Positions 1 through 13,386 of a stretch of 64,000 bases of DNA are shown in pieces. A model generated the notes under the pieces. It worked only from the letters and a program-made list of their open reading frames with translations. It did not search any database and had not been told where the DNA came from. The stretch comes from Convolutriloba macropyga (lineage: Eukaryota). Made by a program: the position numbers and the translations under genes. The DNA is taken from the NCBI RefSeq assembly GCF_964194025.1, contig NC_134470.1, positions 36,766,001 through 36,830,000 of the forward strand, read 5' to 3'. Each line of letters begins with the position of its first letter. The first letter of the stretch is position 1.

Positions 1-70
1 TCACTCTTCCAGTCAAAATTTCGTGAGTCAATATTTCGTTTTAATTCTCTTCATTTTGTAAACAGTTATA

Positions 71-3000
71 TTTATTGTTCCGACCCCATATTTATTGTTC
101 CGACTCCGTTATGTTTTTTGTGGGGGGGGGGAACTATATAATCAAATGGGTTTTTTTTTGTTCAGTCAATTTTGGCCGATCGATATATTCATCGTAGAGA
201 AATGTTAGTGGTATCATTGAAAAGCTCGTCCAGCTTATAATTCGAAATTAAAACGATTTTTTTGAATTTCGTTTTTTGTCGAGGAGTTATCGAGGTTTAA
301 AGTTTTGTGTGAACACGTGATATTTGGCATGATTTTGTTCACGTTTAGGGGAATTATCGTTCAAATTAAGATGTTTTCAATTAAAATAGTAATTGAAAAT
401 TACATTTCACGCCTCAAAATGAATCAATTTTGTGTTCCAAATAGATTAAAGGCGATAAAAAACTAGTTCTGGTCTCATTTGGAAAGTTCACTATCAAAAA
501 AAATTCGAATTCTATTTGAGAGCTCTTTTTTTTTAATAAAGTTTCTCTTTTTTGCTTTTTTAAGTCAAATAGAGACAAATTACATTTTATGTCAAGGTTT
601 TATTATTGACAAACCTGCTTTACAGTCAAATTAAGCCCAATGAACAAAAAACATCGTTTTCAAAGAATTGCTCATGTTTTCTTTGGCTTCGATTCTGAGT
701 TTTCGTAATTTTAAATGAAATTTTGATTTTCTTTTTGAGGTTTCACTAATTTTTTGGAGTCCTATGGCAAGGATTCATTGACTAACAGTGCAATATGTTC
801 CATAATGAGCATTAAGTGAACACATATAGTGCTTTGAGGGGACAGCTAATGGCTGTTAACACTTAAAAAATAAATTTTCGTTTTCTTTTTGAACATTAAA
901 GAATCAAACTTATTATCGTGAACTGTAGGTCAGTCCAGGGGTGATAGCACCCTCTTCCTTCCTACTGCAACCAAGTAGATCAATCTGGTTAGCGGTTTTA
1001 TCTTCTACCTATTGATTCTATGACTTCAATGACACAAGATTTCAAAAGATTAAAAAAAAAATTTTTGGGTGTTTTCGCATTATTGGTTACTTTGAAATCT
1101 TATCACATTATCCAAATATTGATAGCTCCCATTGGCTTAAAAAAGATGTTCAGTGGGTCACAGATAAAATATTCATAGATAAATTATGGTTTAAATGGCT
1201 TCGACACGTTCTTCTCGCACTTTTCTATTAATTTTTTGTTTTTTGCCTGTTTTTGTTGTTGTTTTAATAGTCATAAGACTTATTGTGATGTCTTGTTGAT
1301 TTCCTATGCATGACAAACATAAATGTACTCTCATTGGGGCATCTTTGATCGTATTTATTGCCTTCCGTTGAAAGCTATTGAATTTAACGGCTGTTAAGAA
1401 TTTAAAAATAATTTTTCGAAAACTTTTTTTTGAACACTAACAAATGTTAAACATTTTTGTGAACTTTTAGTCAGTGTCAGTATTGTTAGGACCCACTTGT
1501 TTTATACTGCAATTAAAAGTATTCTGGATAGCGGTTTTGTCTTCTAACTATTGGTTATATGACTTCAATGACACAAGATTTCAATTTTTTTTCAATTTTT
1601 TTTTTGGTATTTTTATATTATTGGTTACTTTTGAACTCTTATCACATTATCCAAACATTATATACATTATCCAAATATTATTTTAACGCCATTGGCTTCG
1701 AGAGGACGTTCAGTGGATCACAGGTAAAGTTTTCAGAGAAAAGCTAATGGTTTAATTGGCTTCGACACTTTCTTCTCGCACTTTTTTTTACAGAATTTTT
1801 GTGTTTGCCTGTTTTTGTTATTATTTTCACAGCCATAAGATGTTTTGTGATGTCATGTTAATTATCTATGCATAATAAACATCTTTTTCCTCCCAACACG
1901 TTATATCTGAGCGTAGATATTGAGCTCCGTTGAAAGATTTTGAATTTAATGGCTGTTAAGAGTTAAAAATAATTTTTCGATTTTTTTTTGAATATTAACA
2001 ATTCCTACATTTTTTCCTGAACTAATGGTCAAAGTCATTACTAGCAGAATTTTGTGTTGTTCTACTGCAGCCAAAATTAATCTGGTTAGCGGTTAGTGGT
2101 TTTATCTTCTACCTATTAGTTTTAAAACTTCAATGCCACGAGATTTAATAATTTTTTTTAATTTTCGAGTACTTCATTTTATTTTTGGATCCCTTTGAAT
2201 ATTACCACATCATCCTACTGCTGATTGTCCCCATTGTTTTAGTGATAAAGTTCAACGGATCATAGATCAAGTATTCAGAGAAGAGCTTTTGATTTGAATT
2301 GCTTCGACATATTCTTCTAACACTTTTCTACTGAATTTTTGGTTTCTGCCTGTCTCTGTTGTGCGTTTTGATAGCCAATAATTGTTGTAGGGTCTTTTTG
2401 ATGAAAAATGTTTGGCAAACAACCTTATTGTCCCATTGAGGCATAATTTAGCGTGTTTATTATCTTGCGTTGAAAGCTAATGTATTTAATTGCGTTGACA
2501 ATACGTGTTTTCTCGAAAATTTCGTGGTTCGAATGTATTTGTTTATGTTTGTTGATTTTTTGAAATTATATTGATAAATAAGTGAAATCCCGTTGCTCTT
2601 AAAAATTAATTGAAAATAGAAGAGTTTTAAGTGAAAATTTTATTTTTTTTTTAATGCCTTCAACACTTTTCTCGCTCAATTTTGTTTTTAATTTGCTGTT
2701 CTGTTCTTTAGGTAGCCGTAAATTGCTGACAGCTCCCATAGGCTTCCATTTGAAAATTGAATGAATGATGCTACCTGATGCAGTCAGTTGATAGCGAATA
2801 GTCTTAAAGCTTATGATAAACATATTGAAGTTTTTTTCAAACTTTTCATTTTTTGTTGTTCTTTTCGTCAAATTGTAACTTATTTTCATCAATGAAAGGT
2901 CCCAACTAATTTCTTGTACTTCAGGAGATAACATATCTATTTAAATTTTTTGTCACTGATGTTTTGTTTTTTGGACAATATGCGTTTTCCTGAAAGTTCA

Positions 3001-3822
3001 TTGATTGGCCAATTTTTGTGTTTCTTTTTCTCTTCTTTCAGAACAATCGCGTAATAACAGATCCCAATGGTTTTCAAATCAGGCGCAAGTAAACTTATAT
3101 AATCTCTCAATTTAAATCTTTCAACTGAATCAGTAGAATCAACCAATTGAATTAAAAATACATAATATTCAGATGATAGCTAATGACTTTAATGGTAGCT
3201 ATAGTTTGTGTTTTCGCAAATCGTTTGTAATTTTTTAGTTTCTCTTTAGTTCGATTCTATTGATTTGTCTAAGCAAAGACAGGTCCTTTTGGTTTTGTAA
3301 TGATTTTATAGTAATTTATTAAGGATTATTTAGTTAAAAGCTTATGATTTTTAAGATTTTTGAAATTTCTTGGTGTAAAAAATGTTGATTAATTTTTAAT
3401 TTTCGCCTCACTGTTCGTTCTTTTTGTCGAATTGTTACCCAGTCTCATCAAGAAAACTTTCCATCTGCTGTATTGTTAGAAAAAAGTAAACTTGTGTAGT
3501 TAAGGTTTTACCTGACTGCACTTTGACGTTGTTACTAGGTGCTTTTAAAATTAGATATTCAGTTTTTGCCGTAAAATTTTTGTTTGTGCTGATTTTGTTT
3601 TTTGTTTTTTTTGTCTCTTAGTCTCCTTAATATCAGATCACGTTGGTGCTGTAATGAGGCATGGCATTATGCAATTCAGTTAGTAGATAAGTTGTGTAAC
3701 GGTTGCTTTAGCTCAAACATCTATTTTTGTGATCTCTTCATTTGGTTGACAATTTAGTCAAAAATGTAGATGAGCTCGGGTCGGAACATCATGTGCAAAC
3801 GCACAATAACGAGCCGCCTTGT
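71..3822 (+). mobile_element. Non-autonomous Helentron/DINE-1-like (HINE-type) rolling-circle element, copy 1
   Basis: 5' subTIR tgttccgaccc (76-86) after a T-run and 3' subTIR gggtcggaaca (3778-3788). A hairpin tgtgc-aaac-gcaca (3792-3805) follows, then ~17 bp to the end of homology with copy 2. Central tandem array present, no coding capacity. Colinear in reverse complement with 13387-16977. subTIR + 3' stem-loop + central repeats is the established DINE-1/HINE architecture. Confidence 0.7.
851..2490 (+). repeat. Central tandem array of HINE copy 1, ~3 diverged units of ~540-560 bp
   Basis: Unit start ggctgttaa..ttaaaaa recurs at 851, 1389 and 1951. Internal anchors recur, e.g. gacttcaatgacacaagattt (1022, 1561, variant ~2128) and gcttcgacac..ttct (1198, 1759, 2301). 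Confidence 0.85.
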
Positions 3823-5580
3823 GTTTCTATAGGCATAATCAAAATGTGATTAGATATATGTTCATATTTTGTTTTCTTTTTCAGTTTCACTACCTCAACT
3901 TCTGCTGCTAACTTCGGTTGATACTTCAAAACGTCAATTCATACGAGTTTTGATAACTCAAGTAGAAAGAGGAATTTAGCGTCGGGAAGTCCAGGTTAGA
4001 CATAGTATTTTTGACAGAGCAGTATTCGGAGGCGCATTTGCGGCGAAAACTCCAAACCAAAATTAATATTGGAATTTAGATCAGCAATTGTCAAAGTATG
4101 TCCCAAAAGGATGTACTATGGCGCAGTCAGCAAGCGACTTGACTTCATCAAAAAACACCACTAAACATTGAAACTTTTCGGGAAAAACAGACAATCAACC
4201 CACCATTCGTATGAAAAAATTGGAAAATACAGTGAAAGCAAGCTCTCCTAGACTTTGAGAGGCAAACGAAATTCCTGAAAGAAATCTTCAATTTCAATAA
4301 AGCACTGGGAATTGCAACACACGTGGAAACGGAAGCTAAAAACCAACAACGAATCAGTCAAAATTTAAAAATTTCACAAGGCGTTAATATCATCTCCAAA
4401 TTAAACATTAAAAAGTGTAACAGTTTCTGCAGCCAGCAAAGAGAATATGACATCCGCAATGCGTATTTCCTCCCACAAAACAACTCTACAATTAGAAGTA
4501 GGAACTGAGATCAAATCTGGAACAATAACAACCGATTAATTTGCCCCGCAAAGCGAGAAACCTGCAACAATAGTGGAATCCCAAGTCATTGTGTTAATGT
4601 TTGGAAAGCAAAAAAAAACAATCACATATGCACAACAGGCATCGATAAACAGATGTCACCAAATCAACTTAAACAAAAAGTACGACCAAGAAACTGTCAA
4701 CTGGATTACTAGCTTTACTCAGTTGTACAACCAGGTGCACGATTCTTTTTTTGAAAGTTCGGAAGAAAACCATGTCGCTACCAGAACAAGTTAAACGGCA
4801 ACAAAAGTAGAACCAATAAACGTAAAGAGTCAAATCAGAAATACACATTGAATTGCAGCTATATACACATGAGGTGTTTGTAGTAGGCTAAGCAAAAGCA
4901 TTACAAATACGAACCTGAAAGGGTTGATGACTCTGTGGGGAAACAAAACAGAGGCGATAACGAACTGGAAAGATTCTCCAAGGAGCCAATCAGAAAAACG
5001 AAAAACTATGAATTTCGCAGAGTACAACAAGTGGAATATTCATCATGTACTGTTGAAAGTGGCTGAAGATGGTCACGAACACGTAATTGCAAGAGATACA
5101 AAACAAAGACTATAAAAAATTCAGAAGATTTTCCAACAAACCGATCAAAATAATGGAAAACAATTTTCAACAGGATATAACAAATGGAATACTCACGACG
5201 TAGTGCTAAAAGTGTTTTAAGGCGGAGACAAGAACATAATTGGAAGATATCTTCAAAGCACTTGTAATTGTAGTGGTACAACAGCAGTCACATCCAGACG
5301 AAGATACCGTACCAGGCAGCCAGCAATTAAACCCTAAACAATGGTCGGATATAGGTGTCAGTAGTCAGACGGAGATGGAGAAGGTGATGTTCACTGGAAC
5401 AGCAAAGCGGAGTAGCGAGAAATGCTCGCAACAGATTACGAACCAAGACTATTACTATCTACAAATGCGCCTCGCCCCATACCTAGAACCTAACGCCGCT
5501 TCCACGTTAAAACAGACAGAAAAATCAATCAAGGCAGGAGACACAAAAAAAATCTAGACGGATTTTATGAAGTACTGGTA

Positions 5581-6140
5581 TATAGTTTGAAAGCAAGTGA
5601 ACTGGAGGGTTCAAAAACCTAGGTTGGGAGGGGGGTCGATTTTTTGCTGCGTCGGATAGAAAAATTCAATTGAAATAGAAGGAGTTAGGATTTTTGCTTT
5701 TCTTTCTCAACACTTTCCAGTTTGTTATATCCAACCAATTTCAATCCAAAAATCGCTCATATAGTTTGAAAGCAGGTGAACTGGAGGGTTCATAAAGCTA
5801 AGTTGGGGGGGTCGATTTTTCGCTGCGTCAGATAGAAAATTTCGATCAAAATGAAAAAAATAAGGATTTTTGCATTTTTCCCTCTTTTCAACTTTTTCCA
5901 GTTTATCTTGCACCCAACCTTTTTTTGAAAAACCGCTAAAACTGATTTGAAAACGATTGTTCAAAACCCCAGACAGGGTTTCAATTTTTGTTTGCGCGAT
6001 CAGATAGAATATTTTAATTGAAAATGGAAAAAAGCTAGTTTTTTTTCAATTGCTGCACTTTCGCCTTTCAACTCATTTAGTTTCTCTCCAACCGTTTTTT
6101 TTCAAAAACGTGCAACTATAATTTAAAAGCAGGTGAAAGC
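5581..6140 (+). repeat. ~180 bp tandem repeat, ~3 diverging units
   Basis: tagtttgaaagca(a/g)gtgaactggagggttca at ~5583 and ~5762, a degenerate third unit at ~5941, and a partial restart (atttaaaagcaggtgaa) at ~6121. gatagaa recurs at a ~180 bp period. Confidence 0.75.
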
Positions 6141-6639
6141 AAGAGTAACGTGCTATATAACATTTCATAATTTGCAAGGGGGGCAAAAAAAACTTGGGGA
6201 GGTTTGGGGGGGGGGAGGATGGGGTTTAATCTGTACAGAATAAACCCCCTTTTTGCAAAATTTGCAATCACCTCAAAAGCATGTGCCATATTAATTGATT
6301 GAGTTGACATATAATCTTCCCTGAAGTTTGCGTTTATTTGATTTTACAAATGCTACATTTGATGTTATAAATGCTACATTTGATGTTATAAATTAATTAG
6401 TTAATAAAATTATTTTCAACCCCAAGTGCATGTGCCATTGATTAATCGAATATGGAAATACTAGCTTCTGTTTATTCTTTACTGCATGTATTTTGCATTT
6501 ATTTTATGTTATAAATTAATTAATATAAGCAGACTCGTCTTTGTTTTGAGGTACTTGAGGTACTAATTCCCGCCATTAATTGTAATCGCTGTATCCAGCC
6601 TACGCATACAACCTCTTTTGCATGGTAGCCTGTGTGTAA

Positions 6640-6860
6640 TATTTATCCTTCGCATACAAACCTGCGTGTATAATTCATCCTTCGCATGCAAACCTCCGTT
6701 TATAACCCATCCTGCGCATGCAAACCTCTGTTTATAACTCATCCTGCGCATGCAAACCTCCGTTTATAACTCGTCCTGCGCATGCAAACCTCCGTTTATA
6801 ACTCATCCTGCGCATGCAAACATCCGCTAATAACTCATCATGCGAATGCAAACTCCAGTT
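6640..6860. repeat. 32-bp minisatellite, ~7 units
   Basis: Consensus tataactcatcctgcgcatgcaaacctccgtt at 6669, 6701, 6733, 6765, 6797 and 6829, degenerating at both edges. No spacers. Confidence 0.9.
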
Positions 6861-9800
6861 AAATATCAGGCTATGAATTTTGCTATGATATGTGTAAAAT
6901 ATGTCATGATCAGAACTCTTGTAAGACAAGAATACATGATAAAAAGATGCTGATTCATTGCTGAAATGAACTGCAAGAAAACTCCGGGTAGCAGGATCAT
7001 CAGTTACTAAAAAAGCCAATTGACAAGCAAGATAAAAGAATCAGGAAAAATGTTGTCACTGTTCGCAATTCTGACGATGCGAAAATCGAAACTCGAGGGA
7101 ACCCTAATAAAAACCTTAGAAATACGTGAACAGACGATCCACAGAAAGAAAGAAAAAACAATGAAGGAAACGATCGAAAACCCCAAAAAAAGATTTATCC
7201 CAAGACAACAGGGAGGTAAGGAGATAAAGTGGTCTAACAAATATTCCCTCGTATATTCACAAGTTTCTAACAGGTCATGCATTTCGTGCAATGGTGCACG
7301 AGTGCTGAAAGTCAGAATTCCCAACCTAAGCACATTTGACTATATTGCAATAGACCGTGCGTATTTTCCTTTTCCGCCAAATTGACATTTAATTCAAAAT
7401 CCGCTGCGCAAATGCAGCTTTTTTCAAGCAGCTCTTCTAAATAACAAAACTCTCAAGATATAAAATCAGTCAAACACAATCCAACACTATCTAATAATTC
7501 AAATTCCCTCACAAACTCCTCAGGCAATAGACAAAATTCCAGAAAACATAAAAACGCAAAATACTTCGGTTATGATACAGATGAAGTCCAGGCCAGCAAA
7601 TACTGAAAACGTTAATTGGATACATACAATCAACAACTGGTTACAACGATCCAGTATCTGATTCAACGCCAACTTTCCTGGGTCAATGATCTCCCCGGAA
7701 TCCCTACGAAAGATATCTCTGCGAACCCCACCCAGAACTCTTCAACGGAAATGACGGCACTAGAAGCTTAACAGATCAGAGATGAGAACTTTGACTTTCG
7801 ATAGATCTTAAAACTATAACTTTTACAACTTTCATTTTGCTGAGCTAAGTTTAATAAATACTACATAATGTGTTGGGTTTCAGGCAATTTTTGTTGCGAT
7901 AGAGTCTGCAAAGTTAGTTTCGATATCACAAATGCATAAATAGGTTTTCCCCGAATCTGCTCATTCCAGCAATTCTGAATATCATGTTGCATGAGAAATT
8001 CAATTCATTCATACATACTTCCACAGCCATAACTTTGCCCCCATTTACTAAGCCACGCTGAGAATAACTTATCAGGAAATGCTGATGTAACTGCAGTTGA
8101 AGACATATGTACGTCAGTGCATATAATTAAGCCCCATAACAAATAAAAATGAATTACATATTTTTCCATTTGTACTTGCATTATAATCATATTTTGACAG
8201 GGGTGGGGCTCTATTTTGTTGACATAGACAAAGAATGAGACATTAAAAAAGTGCGCTTTGCATAAAATGAAGAAAAAAATATGGAAAATTTATATTTCCA
8301 ACAGTAGACATAGCTTAAAGCTCTGAATAAGACGCAAGATCTACCGTTATTATAGCTGACAACTGCATAAATATTTAGCGGCTAATTAGGCCAGGTGGTT
8401 TTTTGTTTATAACTCAGGAGCTTTCTTAGGTCGCTTCTTACAATTTCATAACTTTCATTTACCATAAATTTGTTTTCCACGCCGCTGATTCTGCCTGGAA
8501 ACAAAAGAAGGATCTCTTTTGAAGTTGGCTCCTCATCCGGCATAATACCCTTTGCGCCTACAAGGTACTCCAAGTGCACCTAAGTGCTGTTGTTGGCAGC
8601 ATTTCAAATGAACGTATTTACGATCTTTCGGTTAGATGGCTTGTTTTTAGAATAAATGCGCATTACATTCACGCGTTGTTCAGACTTAATTTAAGATCCT
8701 AAATGTATAACAGGTTTTTGCATGAAAGCCGATGTCAAACGAAACCGAAAAGAGCTGATGAAATTACAAAACAATTAACAGCTGAATTTGTGTCTTTAAA
8801 TTGTCATTTCTCTCACCATAGCAGTTTGCCCAAATACACTTCCGTTGCGATTAACTTCATATTAAATATTACAGAGCCCGAGGCCGTTAAAAATAATAAA
8901 TATCCCCGCTTTTGATGGTTGGAATAGAAACTTCTAACAAATAATTTGCTTTTACAGTGCTATTACAACCCTATAAACACGTTTACTACAATATGAAAGC
9001 TCAAACCTCCTATTATTAGCAGAAAACTAGGTGAAACAGTGCCTAAATCTGCTATAAATAGCATAAGTATAATGTAAATTCAGTCTTGTTAATAGAGTTA
9101 TTTGTTAATTCGGCTAATTTTGGTTCGGCCATAGGGTGGAAATTTTAGATTTGTTCATTTCTGTTCATAAATTTTGGATTTAATGAGACGCAACAAGGAC
9201 AACTTGAAATCCAAACCGATAAGATCGAAAACGGAGGCCCTTATAATTGCACAAGAAATTACTTTATGCAAATTTTTACCCGATTTCAATGACTTCAAAC
9301 TCCCCCTCCCCTCACTTCAACTGCAAAGATAATCACTAAAGTCGAGTCGGGAGCTCTAGGTCACTTTGGCACCCACGCATCATCAACTTTGATTACTATG
9401 AAACGTGTGAAATAGAGCGAAAAACTAACTGCGCCGGTCAAACTTTAGTTTCGAACACGCTCGTTTTGCTGCAGTTACTGATTGCTAATTCTACTCCAAC
9501 TACTACCAACTTCACCTAAGCTTTCATACCGCTTAGTGGCAAAACAGACATCACGAATAATTTCGGAAGTGATTTATACAGTTCGAATTGTCGGTTGTCG
9601 GTTCCATTGAAGAACCCTCGACCACCCCCCCCCCCCCCCGCTTGTCCCCTACTGAAAAGTTATTCTACGTTTTCATCACTTCGAGCTTGTTGCAGTACAC
9701 TGACAATTTTATTTTCCTAAGAAAAAAAATCAAATTGCTAGAACTTCACGAAGCAATGGGGGCGCTAGCGATGATCCATGTTCTGAAATTTAAATAATTT

Positions 9801-12800
9801 TAGCCAAAAAATCCTGCTTTACTGTTTGTTATTCCAGCTTTGTAACATGAACGTTTTAATTAGAAGAATTCATATTTAGCCTAGCCAATTTTGACATGCT
9901 TTCACATCATTTGTCACAAAGTGATAAGTTATGACAAGATGTTCGGCTAATTTCATCAACTCATGGCTTGAATTACGTGCGCCGTCTGACTTGTGCCCTA
10001 AAAAGAACAACTAATCCGAGCCTAGACAAGGGTTGCAAGCTCTAATTAGACAGACATTTCATAAGGAATACAGCCTTACATGTTAATACTACAGCAAGGA
10101 AACAAAATATTTGCATACAACCTTGAACAGGTAGTAAAAAGCACGTTGGCATGAAACCGATGTCAGCTTAACACTTAATGGGGAAACATACGAACACAAT
10201 TTCTCGACACTATCAATTCTGGTCAGATTTTAGACATTTGGTGAAATTTTGAGTTTATTCAGTGCTAGGTTCAACTATTAGGCTGTAAGGTGTCAAGAAT
10301 CACAGGCTCCTATAGTTCGTTTTGAACTGCATTTCTCTGAAGTTAACCTTAGAACGTCCATTATGTAGAACATGGTAAAAAATCGACTACGCCACCAAAA
10401 ATTCACGTTTACTCAGGAACAAATTTTTGCATAAAATCGGAGTCCCCAGAATTAGGTTCGATAAAAACATTCCTATTTTCAAGGGGCCATGTTACCGGAG
10501 AAAAAGGAAAGCTGAGCGAAGCCGTTATTGGCAGTGCGAGGATTTTTTGCGCTATCGTAATTTTTACTCCAGCTGAGGGGTCATGCATTTATTCGGGAGA
10601 TAAACGCAAACAACGGTAGAAAATAAAGTTTAGAGCTCTTCGGTAAGTTAGATTAATTTGTTTATCTGTAAGGAGACCTTTGATTAAACACAATTCGCTA
10701 GTTCCACGTACTGAAATGTTAATTTTCCATGCGTTTTTTATCAAAATTTTAAATGGCTCTATCTATATCGGCAAGAAATGTACAACTATTTGGCGAACGA
10801 AGTCTATTGGATTTTAAGAAAGAGCTTCAGTTTTAAAGTGATGTTCAGAACAAGAGTTCTCGTTAAAACTGAATATATCTCGTTGTAGTAGAACATTTCC
10901 ATCAAATCGGGCGCAATTCCAAGTACCATGGAGGAAATTCTACTGACTGACCATGACGTATCTACATAAGGACCCTATCCACGTAGGATGTTTGAGACAG
11001 GCATGTTTCAATTTTCTAAGGCAAGTGCTTTACTATTAAAAGATTAAAACAAAATTAAAGATATATTTAAGAGAAAACTGAGCAGTCGCTGTGCGTGGGT
11101 TGGGCTCGAGCCGTCTTCTGTAGAAGTTGCGCAGTAATTCTGCACTGCAATAAGTTGCCTTCTGCCAATTGAATATTTTTTTTGTTCTATCAAATCGTTC
11201 TTCTAATCTTCAAATCATTTCGTAACAAAAGAAAAACAAGAATCTGTTGTGATAAGAGATAGTTTTGAACCAAAGTGCGCCTTTCTGATAGTGCAAAAAC
11301 CAGCGGCATTAAGTGTCAAGATGACACTTTCTGAAAATGAAGTCATAGGTTGAGCGCTTCATCCTTGAGCACCAGTTCTGTTTGATGCAATATATATTGA
11401 AACGTGATTATCGAGCCATAAATTTCAAAAAAATTGTGTTTCGACGTTAAACTTTAATAAAAAAAACAAGTAGTAAAAATAGTATTAAAAAAGGATCGAC
11501 CAAAAATATAAAAGCAAACATGGTTTTCAACTTCAAGAAAACACAAGTAACCAAAATAGCCGTGATGAAGTCAGTGTTACAATGACCTGAACCGCAGAAA
11601 CAGTGAACTAAACCGCGCAGAGCACACAACTGGATGTTTTTGCTCTGACCTCAAAAAATTCTGTTGTTTTGGTTCTAATTAGTGGAGTGTCGCAAAAAAA
11701 CAATAAATTAGGAAAGAGGGATGGAAGTGCAAAAGCTGATGATCCTGGAAAATAAAACACTTTGTATTCGATCTATATCGCTTGTGTTGTATTGTGTTGA
11801 GTAAAGAGTTCAGCGGCTGGTTGATCAGTCGAAAACAAGAGAAAGATTCATAAACAAATTGATTTGTTTGTGGCCCGAGTTTTATAGGTGAGCGGATGGC
11901 AGTTTCCAGAAAAAAAAACACAAAGCCAAAGACAGACGATTGAGCTGGGCTTCGAACTCTAGTGTGATAGGACTGTTAATTTCGCATGCGACCTGCTGGA
12001 CACTGCACCCGCATGTTGCTCGCATTCAATATATAAGACATTTGTTGATAAAATTGCTAAAAAAAGAAACACCCCGAATAGGAATTATAAGTTAAATAGT
12101 GTAAGATTCGACATAATGTAATTGTAAGTGCTTCGTTCACCACTTTATCGCTCTTCACAACTATGGTGTTGCATCACCAATTGAGTGGCTTCGCTTGCTG
12201 GCCATTTGTTTGCTCTCTCCTCTTGTCCCAATTTTGTTTATTTAGAAGCGTTATTATCTGCCCAAATAATAAGGTTATGTTTCGATGTTGAAATTGGATA
12301 TTGAAATACTAAAAAGAATTGAGGAAATAAACGTACTACGCTGACCTGATCCATAAAATGACTGATCCAAACGAAGCGCAGCATGCATCTGGATGTTACT
12401 TTTGATCCAAAGTAAAATTCAATTTCTTTTATTTTTAGAGTCGGGAAAAAATAGGGGGAGGGATATCATAGGTGGTAGAAAATGCTGAGTTTTTTTGTCC
12501 ATAAGAGATATTGTGATAGCTGAGTTTTGCTTGTGTTGGACTGGTTGAGCAATCACTTCAATCCCAAACTAAGCGAGCGGCTGATTGGACAGAATAATAT
12601 ATAAACTCAGTGTCTATAAACTGATACTTTGCCCTGAATTTACTAGAAGATTGTGTAGCTATAATAAAACGAAAGAATGAATCAGAAAGGCATCAGAGCT
12701 GGGCTTCGAACTGAGGTCGGTTATTTTTTTTTGTTTTTGCAAGCGCAATGTCATGCAATAACCACTTTGCCATTTTGCTCTGCATCAAAACATTAAAAAT

Positions 12801-13204
12801 TGGTTCATACGTTTGCTGAAAGGATGAAACGTCTTAAAGAAAAAAATGTTTTTTTTTTAAATTTTGAGAGTGGAGCCGTAATTTTAATCAAATGGTTCGC
12901 ATACTTCGGCGCTCTTCACAACTGTGCCTTTCGCTAATCAATTCTTCACTTTTAACTTTTCTGTTGGTTATTCCAATGTTTCTAAATCGTTGTTGCATTT
13001 GTTTCCCCGTATTTACCTTCATTTTTCCTTTTTGTCATTTTCACTTAATACTTTTCTTCAGACTTCAAGCGCAATTGTTCTCTTTGAAAGAATATCATTA
13101 TTGGCATTGAGTTTGGGTTTTTTTTTTAATTCGTTCACCTCAGTATTTGGAAAATTTTATGAAAAAGGATTACTTCTTTAACTGGCTTCCTTCAGTTTAG
13201 GTAC

Positions 13205-13364
13205 CTTTTCTGACAGTAATAGATGTAGAGAACATAATATGCAGTTTTTCTTTAATGTCTATGGCATACGCAATATTGCCTGCTACTGGAGATTGTAGAG
13301 ATGACTTTATTTGTAACAATCTAATGGTTAATAGTTGAACACCATACTCTTTCAACAGGGCTGC
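13205..13364 (-). pseudogene. Best-preserved exon of the putative VWA gene
   Basis: Acceptor ttttcag, 160 bp open (AALLKEYGVQLLTIRLLQIKSSLQSPVAGNIAYAIDIKEKLHIMFSTSITVRK), donor AG|gtac. Resembles the VWA 'a..lk..gv.i..i' helix/strand motif. Confidence 0.45.
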
Positions 13365-13386
13365 CTGAAAATTGATTTTGCATTAA

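Noticed and set aside
6640-6860. CRISPR array (32-bp repeat)
   Set aside because: Units are contiguous with no unique spacers, the context is eukaryotic, and there are no cas genes.
8005-8190. First exon of a secreted protein (signal peptide MEKYVIHFYLLWGLIIC)
   Set aside because: Splicing to the nearest acceptor gives an early stop. It is better, though weakly, explained as a VWA C-terminal remnant.
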